Shown one piece after another: positions 11,607-23,620 of a stretch of 64,000 nt of DNA. Source of the DNA: Naegleria gruberi (Eukaryota). A program made the position numbers and the translations under genes. The stretch is taken from assembly GCA_000004985.1 (NCBI GenBank), contig GG738895.1; one strand, given 5' to 3'. The notes beneath the pieces were generated by a model, which did no database searches, was not told the origin of the DNA, and was given only the letters and a program-made list of their open reading frames with translations. Position 1 is the stretch's first letter. Each line of letters opens with the position of its first letter.

Positions 11607-12502
11607 CTAGTAATCCTTTTCTCCAATAATTGTTTCAGGATTGAATAAATTAGTTTCTTTTTTGTCAGATTTGTTCGATGTAACCTGCAAAACACGTTCA
11701 AGAATAGTGTTAGTTGGGTTGACTGATTTCTTGTGTTCTCGGATTTGATTGAAAACTTTTTCTTGAAGGTTGTTCGAATCTCTGTTTAGCTGTTTTAGTT
11801 GTTCACCTAGCATTCCAAATTGGAGTACACCTACTGTGGCTCTCTGTATCGATTCATCTAGTGATTTAGTCAAATCTGATGCAACTTCTACTACAGGCTT
11901 AATATCTATTTCAGTATTGAGTTCATCAGTTTGAAGTTTAGAAAGATTATTAAGCATATGTTGATCATTTTCAAGATTTACAGAAATGTTCTTCCAAAAC
12001 ATGGATTCCTTTTCAAGTTGTGAAATTAATGTTGTATATGTTTTTTCTTTCATTCTATTCATTTCATTTTGAAAATTTGGTAGAATAACTTCTTGAGAAT
12101 ATTTCTCTATCAGTGTTGAAAGAAACTTCATATATTCTTCTCTAATTTCCGAAACTATAATTTGCATTAACATAAACTGCCAAAATGAAACTTACCAGTT
12201 TCCTCAACAATTGGGGCTTTACAGTAATTATTTTGTACATGATCAAATATTATTTCATTGAGAGAAATTAGTCTTTTAGCATCCTCCAAATCTTCTGGTA
12301 TGCCTACACAGAATTTTTCTCCAGCTTTCCTTTTATCCTTCACTTTCCTTCTCTTCTTTTTTCTCTCTGTTCTATCCCTTGATGGTTCCACCGTCGATTG
12401 TGTTGTTTCTTGATCTTTTTTCCTCTTCTTTTCTATTCCAATCGGTGATTTATATGAATCCTCTCGTGATGAAGAAGCAACAGCTTGTTTACTTGTCGAC
12501 AT
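11607..12502 (-). CDS. Hypothetical protein, 284 aa, 2 exons, basic N-terminus and coiled-coil C-terminus
   Basis: Exons 12502..12196 and 12154..11607 are joined by a 41-nt GTAAGTTT...AATTATAG intron, giving 855 nt in frame. No family recognised. Confidence 0.5.
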
Positions 12503-12552
12503 TTTTTTTAACGTTAAAATTAATATTTTTTGGTTTAAAACAAATTTATATT

Positions 12553-12561
12553 GGCGGGAAA
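12553..12561. promoter_or_regulatory. E2F-like element GGCGGGAAA in the divergent promoter between the 12502 gene and the PPTC7-like gene
   Basis: Reverse complement of the canonical TTTCCCGCC E2F site. Confidence 0.25.
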
Positions 12562-12710
12562 TTTAATCTAAACCGAAAATGAAACTCTTAATCAGTAAAG
12601 AAAAAAGATTGATTTAATTAATAATATTCTTTTAAAAGTTTAATATCTTTAATATTTAATGATTCATTCGGGCAATATTGTTGTATTACAATTTAATTAT
12701 TAAATAAAAA

Positions 12711-13983
12711 ATGCCATCATCAGATCAATCACTATCTTTATTTCCATCTTCATCTGTTTTACTTTCCAAAGCCTTCTCGATTACAAATTCTATTCGGAAT
12801 GGAATGACGATCCAAGCAGAGGAACCAAAGAGTTTGAATTTGTATGGATTTTTCTCTGCTGCTGTTGGTTTATCAAAAAGTGCCAAGGCTGCTGCCATGC
12901 AAGAAATATTTACAAAACAATCTGTTTATCCTAATATTGCTCATAGTGATCAAGTTTTTGAAAAAAGTGCAGGAGAAGATTCATATTTCCAAACATCACT
13001 TGCTTTTGGTGTAGGTTTTTATTTTGATTTAAACTTGAATTGATTTTTAGGTTGGTGACGGAGTTGGTATGTAATTTTGGATGTCATTTAAATTATATCT
13101 ATTGTATTTAGGTGGTTGGGTTAAATATAATGTTGATCCTTCCTTAATTAGTAGATCTATAACTACAGATTTATTGAAATATTTCCAAGAAAAGGAAAAA
13201 TCAATTATTGATGTTTTGAAAAATAGTAATAATGAAACTACTAATGAATCATCAGGTTGGTCTTCTTGGTGGGGAAAATCAGCTAGTACTTTTGTAATTA
13301 AGGAATCACCAGTTGAAATTCTTAGTAGAGCATATTATGGAATTAAAGCTAGTGGACAAATTAGAGCAGGTAGTACAACATTCTCAATGGTTATGCTTTC
13401 AGATATGGACAAAGGTATTGCTAAATCACTGAATATTGGTGATAGTGGCTTTGTAATTATTAGAAATGGAGGTATCATCTACAGATCTAAGCCTCAGCAA
13501 CATAGATTTAACGCTCCATATCAACTTACCATATGTCCTCCAGAAAGAAATGGAACCTGTATTCAAAATGAACCAAAAGATGGTGACTTGGTTGAACATC
13601 AATTAGCAGATGGTGATATTATTGTAATGGGAACTGATGGATTGTTTGACAATTTATTTGATTGGCAAATTCTTCAAATAATTAATCAAGGACAAGCAGG
13701 TATTGAACCATTTTCTGAAATTTTGAAAAAGGCAGCAACAGGTGATAAGGAAAGTATATTACGTGTAAATCAACAACTTCATAACAGAGCTCGAGAGATT
13801 GCCAAACTTGCCAGAATTGTTTCTATATCAGATAGTAACTTTACCTTTACTCCATTCTCCAAAGCTTACACTGAGGAAACTGGACGACACATTTCTGGAG
13901 GTAAGAAAGATGACATTACAGTCATTGTAGCAGCCTTGTTGAAGAGAAAGATTTTCGTTGATTCATTCAGTAAAAATCAATAA
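12711..13983 (+). CDS. PPTC7: PPTC7-like PP2C-family protein phosphatase, 395 aa, 3 exons including a 16-nt microexon
   Basis: Exons 12711..13010, 13051..13066 and 13112..13983 total 1188 nt. Only splicing through the 16-nt exon reconstitutes the PPTC7 signature GEDSYF...AFGVGDGVGGW. The metal-binding DG motifs (GTDGLFDN) are present. Confidence 0.8.
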
Positions 13984-14054
13984 GTCTTGTAAACACAATA
14001 ATCTAAATGGTTTTATATCTAAATTTACAATAATAATATCATACATATTTACAA

Positions 14055-14798
14055 TTATTTTTCTGCAATATTTAAAGTGATTTGCTTTTCAGCCAAGTTT
14101 GCTAGAGTCAGTGTCATACTAGCATGTTCCTCAATTGAAAATCTTCTGGCAGGGAAAGTTGTCACAATTACATAATTTTCCATATCCATATCCTTAGTGA
14201 CTTCTAAATAATCAAAAATATCACCAATGGTATCAGAATATCTAAATCTTCTCGTTAATCTTGTTGAATCAGGTAATCTTATTAAAACTTTAGCAATAGA
14301 TGATTCAGTTTCACCTGGTTCTTGTTTCAAATTGGATGCTTTTTGTCTTCTTAATCTTAATTTTTCTTCCTCTCTTCGTTGTCTTTCCTCCTCCTCTCTT
14401 TGTCTTTGTCTTTCCTCTTCACGTTGTCGTTGTCTTTCCAATTCCTCTTGTCGTTGTCTTTCTTGGTCCAATCTGAGAGATCGATTATAAGCTTCATCCT
14501 GCTCATCTCTCAATGAAGTAACAACTGGAGAATTTCCTCCCAAGTCAACCATTGTTCCTCCAGTACGTGTTGATGTGTTTCTACTAGCAGCAGTCGAGGA
14601 TGACAAATTTCTGAGTGATGCCTCATATTCTTGTCGTTGTAGCAACTGAGCAAACTCCTCATCAGTCATTCCATCATGTGCCAATTCGTGATTCTCCTGC
14701 ATAGATGTCATATCCTCATCACCAGGACTTTGTCTAGCATTAAAATCATTAGCTGCTAATCCGTGATGTTCCATCTCTTCATCAGATTCTACCATCAT
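14055..14798 (-). CDS. UBX-domain protein with Glu/Arg-rich coiled coil (FAF/UBXN-like)
   Basis: The C-terminal ~80 aa (PDSTRLTRRFRYSDTIGDIFDYL...TTFPARRF) form a UBX fold, preceded by an EEERQRQREEE repeat helix. Coordinates assume the first ATG. The ORF stays open further upstream, so a 5' exon is possible. Confidence 0.55.
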   Translation of the reverse strand: MMVESDEEMEHHGLAANDFNARQSPGDEDMTSMQENHELAHDGMTDEEFAQLLQRQEYEASLRNLSSSTAASRNTSTRTGGTMVDLGGNSPVVTSLRDEQDEAYNRSLRLDQERQRQEELERQRQREEERQRQREEEERQRREEEKLRLRRQKASNLKQEPGETESSIAKVLIRLPDSTRLTRRFRYSDTIGDIFDYLEVTKDMDMENYVIVTTFPARRFSIEEHASMTLTLANLAEKQITLNIAEK

Positions 14799-15114
14799 TG
14801 TATGATTATTGCCATCACTACTTGTGTTATGATTTTTCCAAATCGCTTTCCTCACTAAACTTCCGAAGATGATATCAATTTTGTATAATATTTAATCGAT
14901 TATATCCAATTTAATTCAATTAGCACAAATTGTTATTATAATGATAGATTAATTGTATTGTTGGTTATTTAAATATCAATCATTCATCACGTTCAACTGT
15001 TATTAATCACTAACCTTCATCAAAACATCCAAAAGCGTTGAATAGACAGGAAAACATTTTTTATAATTAGAAAATAGAAAATAATTGGATGATGTCTTGA
15101 CAAGAAGAGATTGT

Positions 15115-15881
15115 TTACTTTTTCGTTTGCTTTTGTTTTGCAATCATTTGTTTGAATTTAGATTGACTGTTACTGCTAGCAGCAGCATTGCCACCACTTG
15201 TTGGTTTGGTTGTGTTTGAAGTAGATGTGGTTGTTGAATTACCTAATATGGATGACATTTCTTTTTCAATATCTTTTAATTCGTCTGCTGATTCAATGTC
15301 CTTATTGGTAGTTAATTTTTCTTAATGTGTGGTTAGAATTTTCATTATTAAATTGTTTACAAACCTTCAACCATGTTCTTGATGACATTATTCATATCTT
15401 GTCCATATTTCTTTTCCAAATCTCTTTTCATTTTCTCAACATTCATATCCTTCTTAATATCTCTAACATTCTCATTCATTTTAGTATATATTTCAGCAAA
15501 TTGTTTGTCAACATCTTTTTTCATTTGTTTTTGATCTCGAATAGTCTTGATGAAATTTCAATTTAAAATTCAAATAATCAATCTTACCTCCAATAATGTA
15601 TTTGCAACAAGTCTTGTATAATTTTCCTTCATTTCTTCTTCCACTTGTTTCATTTTCCTTCCAGCCTTTAAAGTGTTTACAAATTCCATAATATTTCCCC
15701 ACATTGTTCTCTTCTTTTCCTCCATCGAAAATCTATTTACTGAAAAATCTCTTTTTGAAGATTGTGAGAGGCAATTCAATGTATTCCGACTAGTGATTCT
15801 ACCACAAGAACGATGAAGAAGAGCACACTGGTGATTCATTGTCAGAGATGATGAAAATTGTTTGATGATTTGTCTATTCAT
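15115..15881 (-). CDS. Hypothetical small coiled-coil protein with N-terminal mitochondrial-type presequence, 226 aa, 3 exons
   Basis: Exons 15881..15588, 15545..15365 and 15320..15115 total 681 nt in frame, with introns GTAAGA...CATCAAG (42 nt) and GTTTGT...CATTAAG (44 nt). N-terminus rich in R/S/T; rest is K/E-rich helix. Confidence 0.45.
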
Positions 15882-16091
15882 TTTTTAAAATTTATTTTAT
15901 TTTAATTATCAACAGAGAGCCGGTACGGAGCATCAACTTCTTGTTTAACATCAACTTCCTTTCCTTTACCAAATGCTCATCCAATTAATTAATCAACAAA
16001 CGCTAATACCACCAATAACAATTTGCAAGTCCTAATGTGAGAATTTTCATTGAGTGTTGTAAACAGCCTAAAAAAATTGCACTTATAAAAA

Positions 16092-18116
16092 ATGCTTCGA
16101 AACGTAAACTTTGCGCCTGTATTGCGCTCTGCCATCGCATCATCAAGAAGCAATCGTTTAGTAGTCCCTGCAACAAAACTTCAAACAAAATCATACAGCA
16201 AGGATTCTAATGATTCATTCGACCCTAGTCAACATTACGAAGTGGAGGAAGCAATGCCTTTCGTTGCTAAGAATGTAAATTTGAAAAAGACTAGAAGTTT
16301 AGTGGATTTGTTTGTTACTAAACTTGAGAAGGAAGGCGAAAAGGAAAACAAGGAGGAACAATTTTCTGAATTTGAGGCTCTTCAAAAGTCTGACAAAGCA
16401 AAGACTGTTAAAGCCCAATTTTCAAAGAAGAAAGTTAGAGAAGCTAACGATAACATCTATCAAAGAGATAGTGAGGAAGCTAAAAAATTACAACAACTCG
16501 AGAAAATTTACAATCAATCAAAGAGTGAAACCAGCAAGATACATAGACAAGATGTTATTGATATGGAAAGTAAGGAAAGAGACTCACAAACAAAAGCTGG
16601 TGATACTCTTTTGTCTTTCATGTATGAATCAAAGTCTCCACACAGAGTTGTTGAATCATGGGAACTTGAACAACAAGAAAAGGAACAAATTGCTGAGGAT
16701 TTCAAACAACACAAGAGAGATTATAAGAAACTCATCAAGAAGGACGGTTTAACTACCGAACAAGCCAACAGAAGTGAATATAACAAGCAATATGATACTG
16801 TTAGTCTCCAAAATGAAATGTTGGAAGGAATGAAGGCTATCAGCGACTACTCTTTATCTATTGATATGGACAGAATGAGTGCTTCACCAACTTCTCTCAC
16901 CGGTGATAAACTTATTCAAGTTAACAATTCTAGAAACGATCTTAAATCACCATTCTGGAATGTTCTTTCAAACCATGAAAAACGTTACTTCTTAAAGGAT
17001 GAATATCTTGAAGATATTTCAAAGAATGTTGAAAAATACGTTAACATGACTCCTGAAGAAATTGAACAACAAGCTCCATGGCTGTTGAATGATCCAAGAT
17101 GGGAAACAATAGAAGAATTGAGAAAACAAAACATTCAAGATATGTCCGAAACGACTTCTGAAGATAGAAGTAAATATGTCAGAGGTAGAATCTTTGATGA
17201 TGAAGCTCTCCGAAATCTCTATGAATCCCTCGGTTCAAAGCAATTTGATAATGTTCAAGAATTCTATGAAAATATTAAGGAAGCTACTGATGAAGAAGGT
17301 TTGCTGAGGAAATTAGAAACTGTTTTCCCAAATATTTCTAAAGATAAGCTCAAGTCAATCTTGGACAAGGTTGTTAAAACTATTCAACCAAAGTATGAAA
17401 AGTATGCTACACCAGTTCAAAGAACTATTCAACTCATCACAGACGAAATTACTGAAACTGCTAAGCCAACCATTTACACAATGGCTGATTTGGCCTCTAA
17501 ACCAAAGCCAAAGATGCAAACTGTTTTGTGGTCAATAAGACAAATTGCTACTAAGAAAGCTAAGGAAAGAGAAGTTGAATTGGTACATGAAAGAGCAAAG
17601 ACATTGAAACGTGAAGATTATACTTCTCCAATTGATCATATTTATGAAGTTTTGCGACCAATCCACGACGAATCCATGAAGGCTGGTGATGAAAAGAGTG
17701 GTGTTTCTGAATTCCATCCTGCTATCTATGGTGGTTATGTTGTTGCAACTGGTAAGAGAAAGTCTTCTATTGCCAATGTCAAGTTGTCACCAGGTACTGG
17801 TATTTTCTTGATTAACAACAAGTCATATCTTGACTATTTCAATCTTTCTCGTCATCATTACAAGTTGATGCTTCCATTGAAGTTTACTGATACATTAAAT
17901 CAATTTGATGTTGAATGCAGAGTTCACGGAGGTGGTCAAACTGGTCAATGTGACGCCATTTTCTTGGGATTAGCTAAGGCTCTTGCTAAGTTTGTTCCAG
18001 AATACGGTCCAACTTTGGAAGCCACTGGATTCCTTTTCAGAGATCCACGTTCTGTCGAAAGAAAGAAATTCGGTCAACCAAAGGCCAGAAAACAATTTAC
18101 TTTTGTCAAGCGTTAA
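16092..18116 (+). CDS. MRPS9: Mitochondrial ribosomal protein uS9m with long N-terminal extension
   Basis: The C-terminal ~130 aa (GKRKSSIANVKL.PGTG...GGGQTGQ..A...G...AL...RDPR..ERKK.G..KARK..QF.KR) are the universal uS9 domain, and the 674-aa length fits mitochondrial versions. Confidence 0.8.
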   Translation: MLRNVNFAPVLRSAIASSRSNRLVVPATKLQTKSYSKDSNDSFDPSQHYEVEEAMPFVAKNVNLKKTRSLVDLFVTKLEKEGEKENKEEQFSEFEALQKSDKAKTVKAQFSKKKVREANDNIYQRDSEEAKKLQQLEKIYNQSKSETSKIHRQDVIDMESKERDSQTKAGDTLLSFMYESKSPHRVVESWELEQQEKEQIAEDFKQHKRDYKKLIKKDGLTTEQANRSEYNKQYDTVSLQNEMLEGMKAISDYSLSIDMDRMSASPTSLTGDKLIQVNNSRNDLKSPFWNVLSNHEKRYFLKDEYLEDISKNVEKYVNMTPEEIEQQAPWLLNDPRWETIEELRKQNIQDMSETTSEDRSKYVRGRIFDDEALRNLYESLGSKQFDNVQEFYENIKEATDEEGLLRKLETVFPNISKDKLKSILDKVVKTIQPKYEKYATPVQRTIQLITDEITETAKPTIYTMADLASKPKPKMQTVLWSIRQIATKKAKEREVELVHERAKTLKREDYTSPIDHIYEVLRPIHDESMKAGDEKSGVSEFHPAIYGGYVVATGKRKSSIANVKLSPGTGIFLINNKSYLDYFNLSRHHYKLMLPLKFTDTLNQFDVECRVHGGGQTGQCDAIFLGLAKALAKFVPEYGPTLEATGFLFRDPRSVERKKFGQPKARKQFTFVKR

Positions 18117-18565
18117 ACTACTTATTTTTGTCATACTTTTTTATTTGGTAATAAAAGAAATTTTAATATATAATCTTAATAAGGAGGTGGTGGTATTGTA
18201 AAATGAAAGAGAGTGCTCGGTTAGATGAAAATCTTTGAATATTAGGAAAATAAAACTTATTTTGCCTCTTTTAAAACACTGAATAAATTGTATTTCTTCA
18301 ATAACAATTATTAATTAATTATTTAAACATAATCGCTCTAAGAATTGTTCCATGACAATGACACAAATCCCCATCATCGTTACCCAAACAACAAAACAAC
18401 AATCAACAAGAGAGATGAAAAGAGTTGAAGTGGCTCTAAAAAAACTCGGATGGCAATAAGTTTATTGAATTAAAAATTCGAAGTGAAAAAAAAATATTGC
18501 GTTTTTATCGCTACAACAGACAACCTAATATTTTGCTTCAACAAAAAAATTTATAAAACATAAAA

Positions 18566-19609
18566 ATGGCTTTCGAAGGTGGAAGAGGTGGTGGTAGAGG
18601 CGGTGGCCGTGGTGGATTTGGTGGTGGCAGAGGAGGTTCTCGTGGAGGATTCGGTGGTGGTGATAGAGGTGGCCGTGGTGGTGGTTTCGGTGGTGGCCGT
18701 GGAGGCGGTAGAGGTGGATTTGGTGGCGATAGAGGAGGATTTGGTGGTGATAGAGGTGGAAGAGGTGGTGGCCGTGGTGGTGGTCGTGGTGGTGCCAGAG
18801 GTGGTGGTAGAGGTGGAGCAAGAGGTGGCGGTAGAGGTGGTGGCCGTGGAGGATTCGGTGGTGCTGCAGGTGCTGCTGGTAAGAAGGTCATTGTCGAACC
18901 ACATCGTTTTGAAGGAGTTTATGTCGTCAAGGGTAGAGATGAATCAATTGCCACATTGAATATGGTCCCAGGTGAATCTGTTTATGATGAAAAGAGAGTT
19001 ACTGTCGAAAAGGGATTCGGTGATAGCGTCCAAAAAGTTGAATACAGAATTTGGAATCCATTCCGTTCCAAGTTGGGAGCTGGTATCATTGGTGGTGTTG
19101 AAAACATTTATATCAAGCCAGGTACTAAATTATTGTATTTGGGTGCTGCTTCTGGTACAACAGTTTCTCACTGTTCTGACTTGGTTGGTCCAGAAGGTAT
19201 GGTTTATGGTGTTGAATTATCCGAAAGATGTGGACGTGATTTAATTGAAATGTCAAAGAAGAGACCTAACATTGTTCCAATCATAGAAGATGCTCGTCAT
19301 CCTTTGAGATACAGAATGTTGGTTGGTTCTGTTGATACTGTCTTTGCTGACGTTGCCCAACCTGATCAAGCTCGTATTGTTGCTTTGAATGCTAAGTATT
19401 TCTTAAAGCCAGGTGGCAAATTCGTCATTTCCATCAAGGCTAATTGTATAGATTCAACAGTTGAAGCTGAAGTTGTCTTTGCTAGAGAAGTTGAACAATT
19501 GCAACAATTCGGTTTTACTTGTGAAGAACAATTGGACTTGGAACCTTTCGAACGTGATCACTGTTTGGTAGTTGGTACCTTGAATAATGGTGATTGCATA
19601 CAATTTTAA
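18566..19609 (+). CDS. FBL: Fibrillarin (rRNA 2'-O-methyltransferase) with N-terminal GAR domain
   Basis: Gly/Arg-rich N-terminus (GGRGGF repeats) followed by the conserved fibrillarin methyltransferase core ([39 protein letters not shown]). Confidence 0.95.
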   Translation: MAFEGGRGGGRGGGRGGFGGGRGGSRGGFGGGDRGGRGGGFGGGRGGGRGGFGGDRGGFGGDRGGRGGGRGGGRGGARGGGRGGARGGGRGGGRGGFGGAAGAAGKKVIVEPHRFEGVYVVKGRDESIATLNMVPGESVYDEKRVTVEKGFGDSVQKVEYRIWNPFRSKLGAGIIGGVENIYIKPGTKLLYLGAASGTTVSHCSDLVGPEGMVYGVELSERCGRDLIEMSKKRPNIVPIIEDARHPLRYRMLVGSVDTVFADVAQPDQARIVALNAKYFLKPGGKFVISIKANCIDSTVEAEVVFAREVEQLQQFGFTCEEQLDLEPFERDHCLVVGTLNNGDCIQF

Positions 19610-19794
19610 TTCCACTCATTACTAAATTTTATAAAAACACAATATTCTAAATATCTAATTATCAATTTACTAAGGTGTAGAAATGTTGCATTCCGAATAG
19701 AAATGTTTATGAGTGGCAAGTTCAGCTGCTGGTTATTCTATCATGTTTGTGAATCTCTTGTTGTGTCACGTTTCACAAATCAGAATTCAAAAAA

Positions 19795-20553
19795 ATGAAA
19801 CAACGCATTGTCAAGCCAACATTTCAAACCAATTCCTTTCTCATAGAGGATGATCAAGAAGAAGATAACCTCACTACCAGTCCATCATCACCAAATCCAC
19901 CAATAGAGAATACATCTCAAGGATCAGACCCAGCAGAAAATCCAGAAAATAGTGACTTTAGTGATTGGAAGAAAAAAGAAAAGAAGAAAATGAGTAGAGC
20001 TGCACAATTCGCAAATGCCAAAGCTTCAGGTGTTTTACTATTCAGAACATTCAACAATTGTCCAGACTCTTTAGAATTTCTCTTGGGGAAACACTCCAAA
20101 ACAAACTCGTGGGAAAATTTTGCAGGTAAAGTTAATATGGGAGAAACAGTGGAAGAAGCAGCTCTACGAGAATTGCAAGAAGAAACTCTAAACCAATTCA
20201 GTGAAGAGCATGTGAAAATGGTGGCATCTCAATTGAACATTGAAAGAGCTTTTTTCATTAAAGTTAATCAATCAAATCAAGCAATGTTTCTTGTTCATTT
20301 GAATGATTTTGAACCAGATTTAGAAGAATGGAAGAGAAAAGCTGAAAGATTGAAAAGTGAAAATAGAAAGGTTGAACTTTCTGAATTTAATTTTTTCAAG
20401 GAATTTCCACTCCAAGAATTGAGAGTTCCACACCTTCAAGAATTCATCCCAAAAAAGAGAAACGACATTATGAAAATGGCTCTAGAAATAATTAAGTGCC
20501 CAACAAGGGAAACATCATCAACTAAGCACAATGTTACAAAGAGAAATAGATAA
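19795..20553 (+). CDS. Nudix hydrolase family protein
   Basis: Nudix box GKVNMGETVEEAALRELQEETL (G..E..REL.EE.G consensus). Specific subfamily not assignable. Confidence 0.6.
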   Translation: MKQRIVKPTFQTNSFLIEDDQEEDNLTTSPSSPNPPIENTSQGSDPAENPENSDFSDWKKKEKKKMSRAAQFANAKASGVLLFRTFNNCPDSLEFLLGKHSKTNSWENFAGKVNMGETVEEAALRELQEETLNQFSEEHVKMVASQLNIERAFFIKVNQSNQAMFLVHLNDFEPDLEEWKRKAERLKSENRKVELSEFNFFKEFPLQELRVPHLQEFIPKKRNDIMKMALEIIKCPTRETSSTKHNVTKRNR

Positions 20554-20632
20554 CTTTCTAATCAAGTAAAATAAAAAATAAATAAAAAATTAAAATTATT
20601 AATAGTTATTAAATTTATTTATTTTCATTAGT

Positions 20633-21385
20633 CTACTGATTCGAATGAGTAAATAATGAACGATACAAGTTATCTTTCTCTTCCATATTTGGTAATACTA
20701 AATTGTTATTGGATTTATCAAAATATTGCTTCAGTGTATTTTCATATGATAACTCTCTTGTTTTCTTTAGTTTTAATTTATATAACATTATTTTGGAAAA
20801 TGTTGTAAAAGTTAGTAATGGTTGATATCGATCCAAAAAAATTGCCATATGATTAAATGGTTCTAATAAATTAAATAATTGATCAGTGACTAGTAATTCT
20901 CTCAATACTTGATAGATTGGACAGGTTTTCAGCTTTTTAGCTGATAATTCAATAAAATTCTCATATTTAAATTCTTTAGCAGTAAATTTCTTAAAATATT
21001 CAAAAGTTGATTTCCATATTTGTGCATGAACCGTTCCAACAAGTATCATTACATTATTCTTTTCTTTACAATCTTGTGTTAACTGTAAATGCATTACACT
21101 ACAATATTCTTCAATAAACTTGTTAATATTTAAATAACTTTCGAATATATCCGCTAATTCGTTTAAATCAAACTGAAATGATTTCGGATACAAGGTAAAA
21201 AACACTCGTTTTGGATCTTTACTCAATTGTCTCATCAAACTATCAAAACAATCATTCCAATAATGATTACTTTCATTAATTATTTGATTCCATTCATGAC
21301 AAACAAGCATACAATTAATTAAATTACTTCCGATTGGAACGTAACAAAAACAATTTAATAAACAATCTGTATCTAGAAAGGTCAT
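20633..21385 (-). CDS. Hypothetical protein with F-box-like N-terminus
   Basis: First ATG in an A-rich context at 21385. The N-terminus LDTDCLLNCFCYVPIGSNLINCMLVCHEWNQII resembles an F-box. Confidence 0.4.
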   Translation of the reverse strand: MTFLDTDCLLNCFCYVPIGSNLINCMLVCHEWNQIINESNHYWNDCFDSLMRQLSKDPKRVFFTLYPKSFQFDLNELADIFESYLNINKFIEEYCSVMHLQLTQDCKEKNNVMILVGTVHAQIWKSTFEYFKKFTAKEFKYENFIELSAKKLKTCPIYQVLRELLVTDQLFNLLEPFNHMAIFLDRYQPLLTFTTFSKIMLYKLKLKKTRELSYENTLKQYFDKSNNNLVLPNMEEKDNLYRSLFTHSNQ

Positions 21386-21463
21386 TTTTCTGATATTTTT
21401 TTTAAAAGGTTTCGAATAAAAGTTCACAACACAATGAAATGTGAAATAGAGGTTATAAAGTAA

Positions 21464-23230
21464 TTATCTGATTTGTTTCGTTTCGTGCATATTATAATAT
21501 TTTGCAAGGACATATAAATCCAACATTGAATAAACCTTTCCTTTAAATGAAATCTCATAACTCAAATGTTTTGACACTAAATTCAAAAGATCATCGTGAA
21601 TTAATGAAGAATATGCTTTCGAAAGTTCTATCTTGTCTAATTCTAGACTATTTTCATTAATTAAATAGTGTGCAGTGAGATTCGAATACATTTTTTCAAA
21701 ATCAAATTTCAGGAATACTTCTCGATTATACTGCATGACAATTATAATGCTCTTTTCCAAATGAGAAAGGAATTTTGAAATATTGCATCTGTAAAGAGTC
21801 CTATCTATTCTGATAAAGAGTGGAAAATCTTTTGAACTTGCTTCAGTTGACCTAACAACTATTGCTATTATTGAATCTTTACCTTCTCCACCTCCAATGA
21901 TCGAAGCATCAGGAATTATATTCTTATTACAATCCCATATTTTACTCGAATTGGAATACTGGAATTGAAATGATCTTCCAATTCCAGTTTGTTTCCACTT
22001 TCTGATTCTTATTGGTGCAATAGTTGTATCCTTTTCAATCTCTGAATCAAACTTTTCCATATCACTAATCCTAAACCAAATTGGTTTCTTCCAAAAAATT
22101 GAATTGAAATAACAAAGAGAAGGAGGAATAGGGGTTGAATTGTGTTGTGTGTAAATGTTGGGAAGTTGACCTTCCAGTTTCTCCACCAGATTGCAAACTT
22201 CCTCACTTAGAGGCATCTCAACGGTATTCAGTTCTAGTTTCAATTCTAGCTGATAAACATGTTTCTGATCGAATGAGAATAGTTTTTTACAATGCTTATC
22301 AAAGTAATACGAATTGAATGGTTGAGGCGGATTCAGATATCCAAGAATTGATTTTGAAATACTTGGAGATGACCCATCAATGATATGTAACATTCCCTTC
22401 TTACCAATCAGGAAATTAAAATATGGAGTTTGCATATCGAAAATCATTCCACTTAAATCATCCACCGAATCAATCATCATCATTTCTTGACATATACTGT
22501 ACTCATCCCCATAGAGTTTCACAAGGGTATTGAGCCCATCATCTGCATGATTGTGTATGTAATCATAAATTCTAACATTATTTCCTGTCAGAATTATTAA
22601 TTCATTCGTATATTCATTAAGGGAAAGACAAACTGCTCTTTTTGTAAACTCATTTTCAATTTCGTATTTCAATTGCATAGATAAGCCATCTAATACAGAT
22701 ATTTTACCATCAGAAACATCCAAAACATATAATTCCTTTTTATCTTTACGATAGGTCAATTCACATTTTGCATTTAACAATCCCAAATCCGATTCTACAA
22801 TTTCAATTTCTTCCTGCGAAAGAATAAACTTTAACACATTATATCCAAATTCATGATGCATTGTTGCAAAAATCACATCTGTTTCTTCCTCCTGATTCCC
22901 TTCCACTAAACACATTCTAATAACTGCATTCTCCGATTCCAAATGAAAAGATTGCTCTCCACTCTCCAAATCATAACCATCAATTCCCATCGAATGACCA
23001 ACAAGTAATAACTTTCTCCTCTGATAGAATTTAATATCAGTGATGAGAAAATTGCTAGGAACTGGAGTTAAATGGAAAGTTTTTAATAAATTCATTGAAT
23101 AATCTCCGAGACATAAAACTGTCTTTTCAGTGGTGAATTTATTTCTTAACAGGGATTGAGTGTAGTGTTTTTCTAATGGATCAAGGAAAACCAAACGAGT
23201 GAGTGATTCCTCTTGATGATGTGGTTGCAT
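21464..23230 (-). CDS. Hypothetical protein, 588 aa
   Basis: Long intact ORF with an A-rich start context. No family recognised. Confidence 0.5.
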   Translation of the reverse strand: MQPHHQEESLTRLVFLDPLEKHYTQSLLRNKFTTEKTVLCLGDYSMNLLKTFHLTPVPSNFLITDIKFYQRRKLLLVGHSMGIDGYDLESGEQSFHLESENAVIRMCLVEGNQEEETDVIFATMHHEFGYNVLKFILSQEEIEIVESDLGLLNAKCELTYRKDKKELYVLDVSDGKISVLDGLSMQLKYEIENEFTKRAVCLSLNEYTNELIILTGNNVRIYDYIHNHADDGLNTLVKLYGDEYSICQEMMMIDSVDDLSGMIFDMQTPYFNFLIGKKGMLHIIDGSSPSISKSILGYLNPPQPFNSYYFDKHCKKLFSFDQKHVYQLELKLELNTVEMPLSEEVCNLVEKLEGQLPNIYTQHNSTPIPPSLCYFNSIFWKKPIWFRISDMEKFDSEIEKDTTIAPIRIRKWKQTGIGRSFQFQYSNSSKIWDCNKNIIPDASIIGGGEGKDSIIAIVVRSTEASSKDFPLFIRIDRTLYRCNISKFLSHLEKSIIIVMQYNREVFLKFDFEKMYSNLTAHYLINENSLELDKIELSKAYSSLIHDDLLNLVSKHLSYEISFKGKVYSMLDLYVLAKYYNMHETKQIR

Positions 23231-23548
23231 TTTTTTTTCAAATGATCTGCAGAAAAGCTAAAATTAGTGCAATTTTGAAATGTTTGTAAAGTAACTGAGA
23301 ATGTGGATTTTATAAATACAAGGAAACCAATTAAGGAGAAAGAAAATATTTGAGTAAGGCTCAGTATAGTACAATATTCTTTGGGTCTTCTAATTGAGTG
23401 TTGGTAATATCTAAATGAATTTCACCATAATTTTCGAAAGCAAACTGATCTGCTTGTTCATTTGATATTCATTTCGTTTCATTCACATCTTTCTTTGTTG
23501 TAATGCGATTGTAAATTATTTTTTTGTATAATAAACTAAAATTGAATC

Positions 23549-23620
23549 CTCCCGTGCCGGGAATTGAACCCGGATCTCCTGGGTGAGAGCCAGGTATCTT
23601 AGCCATTGGACCACACGGGA
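23549..23620 (-). tRNA. tRNA-Glu (anticodon CUC)
   Basis: Reverse complement folds as a cloverleaf: acceptor TCCCGTG/CACGGGA, anticodon stem CCTGG/CCAGG with loop CTCTCAC (anticodon CTC), T-arm GGGTTCAATTCCC. The 3' CCA is not encoded. Confidence 0.85.

Noticed and set aside
18525-18959. Several 100-130 aa ORFs on both strands (Pro-rich, Thr-rich, His-rich, Val/Glu-rich) overlapping the 5' end of fibrillarin
   Set aside because: They are alternative-frame and antisense readings of the GGT/GGC/AGA repeats that encode the fibrillarin GAR domain, so they are low-complexity artefacts.
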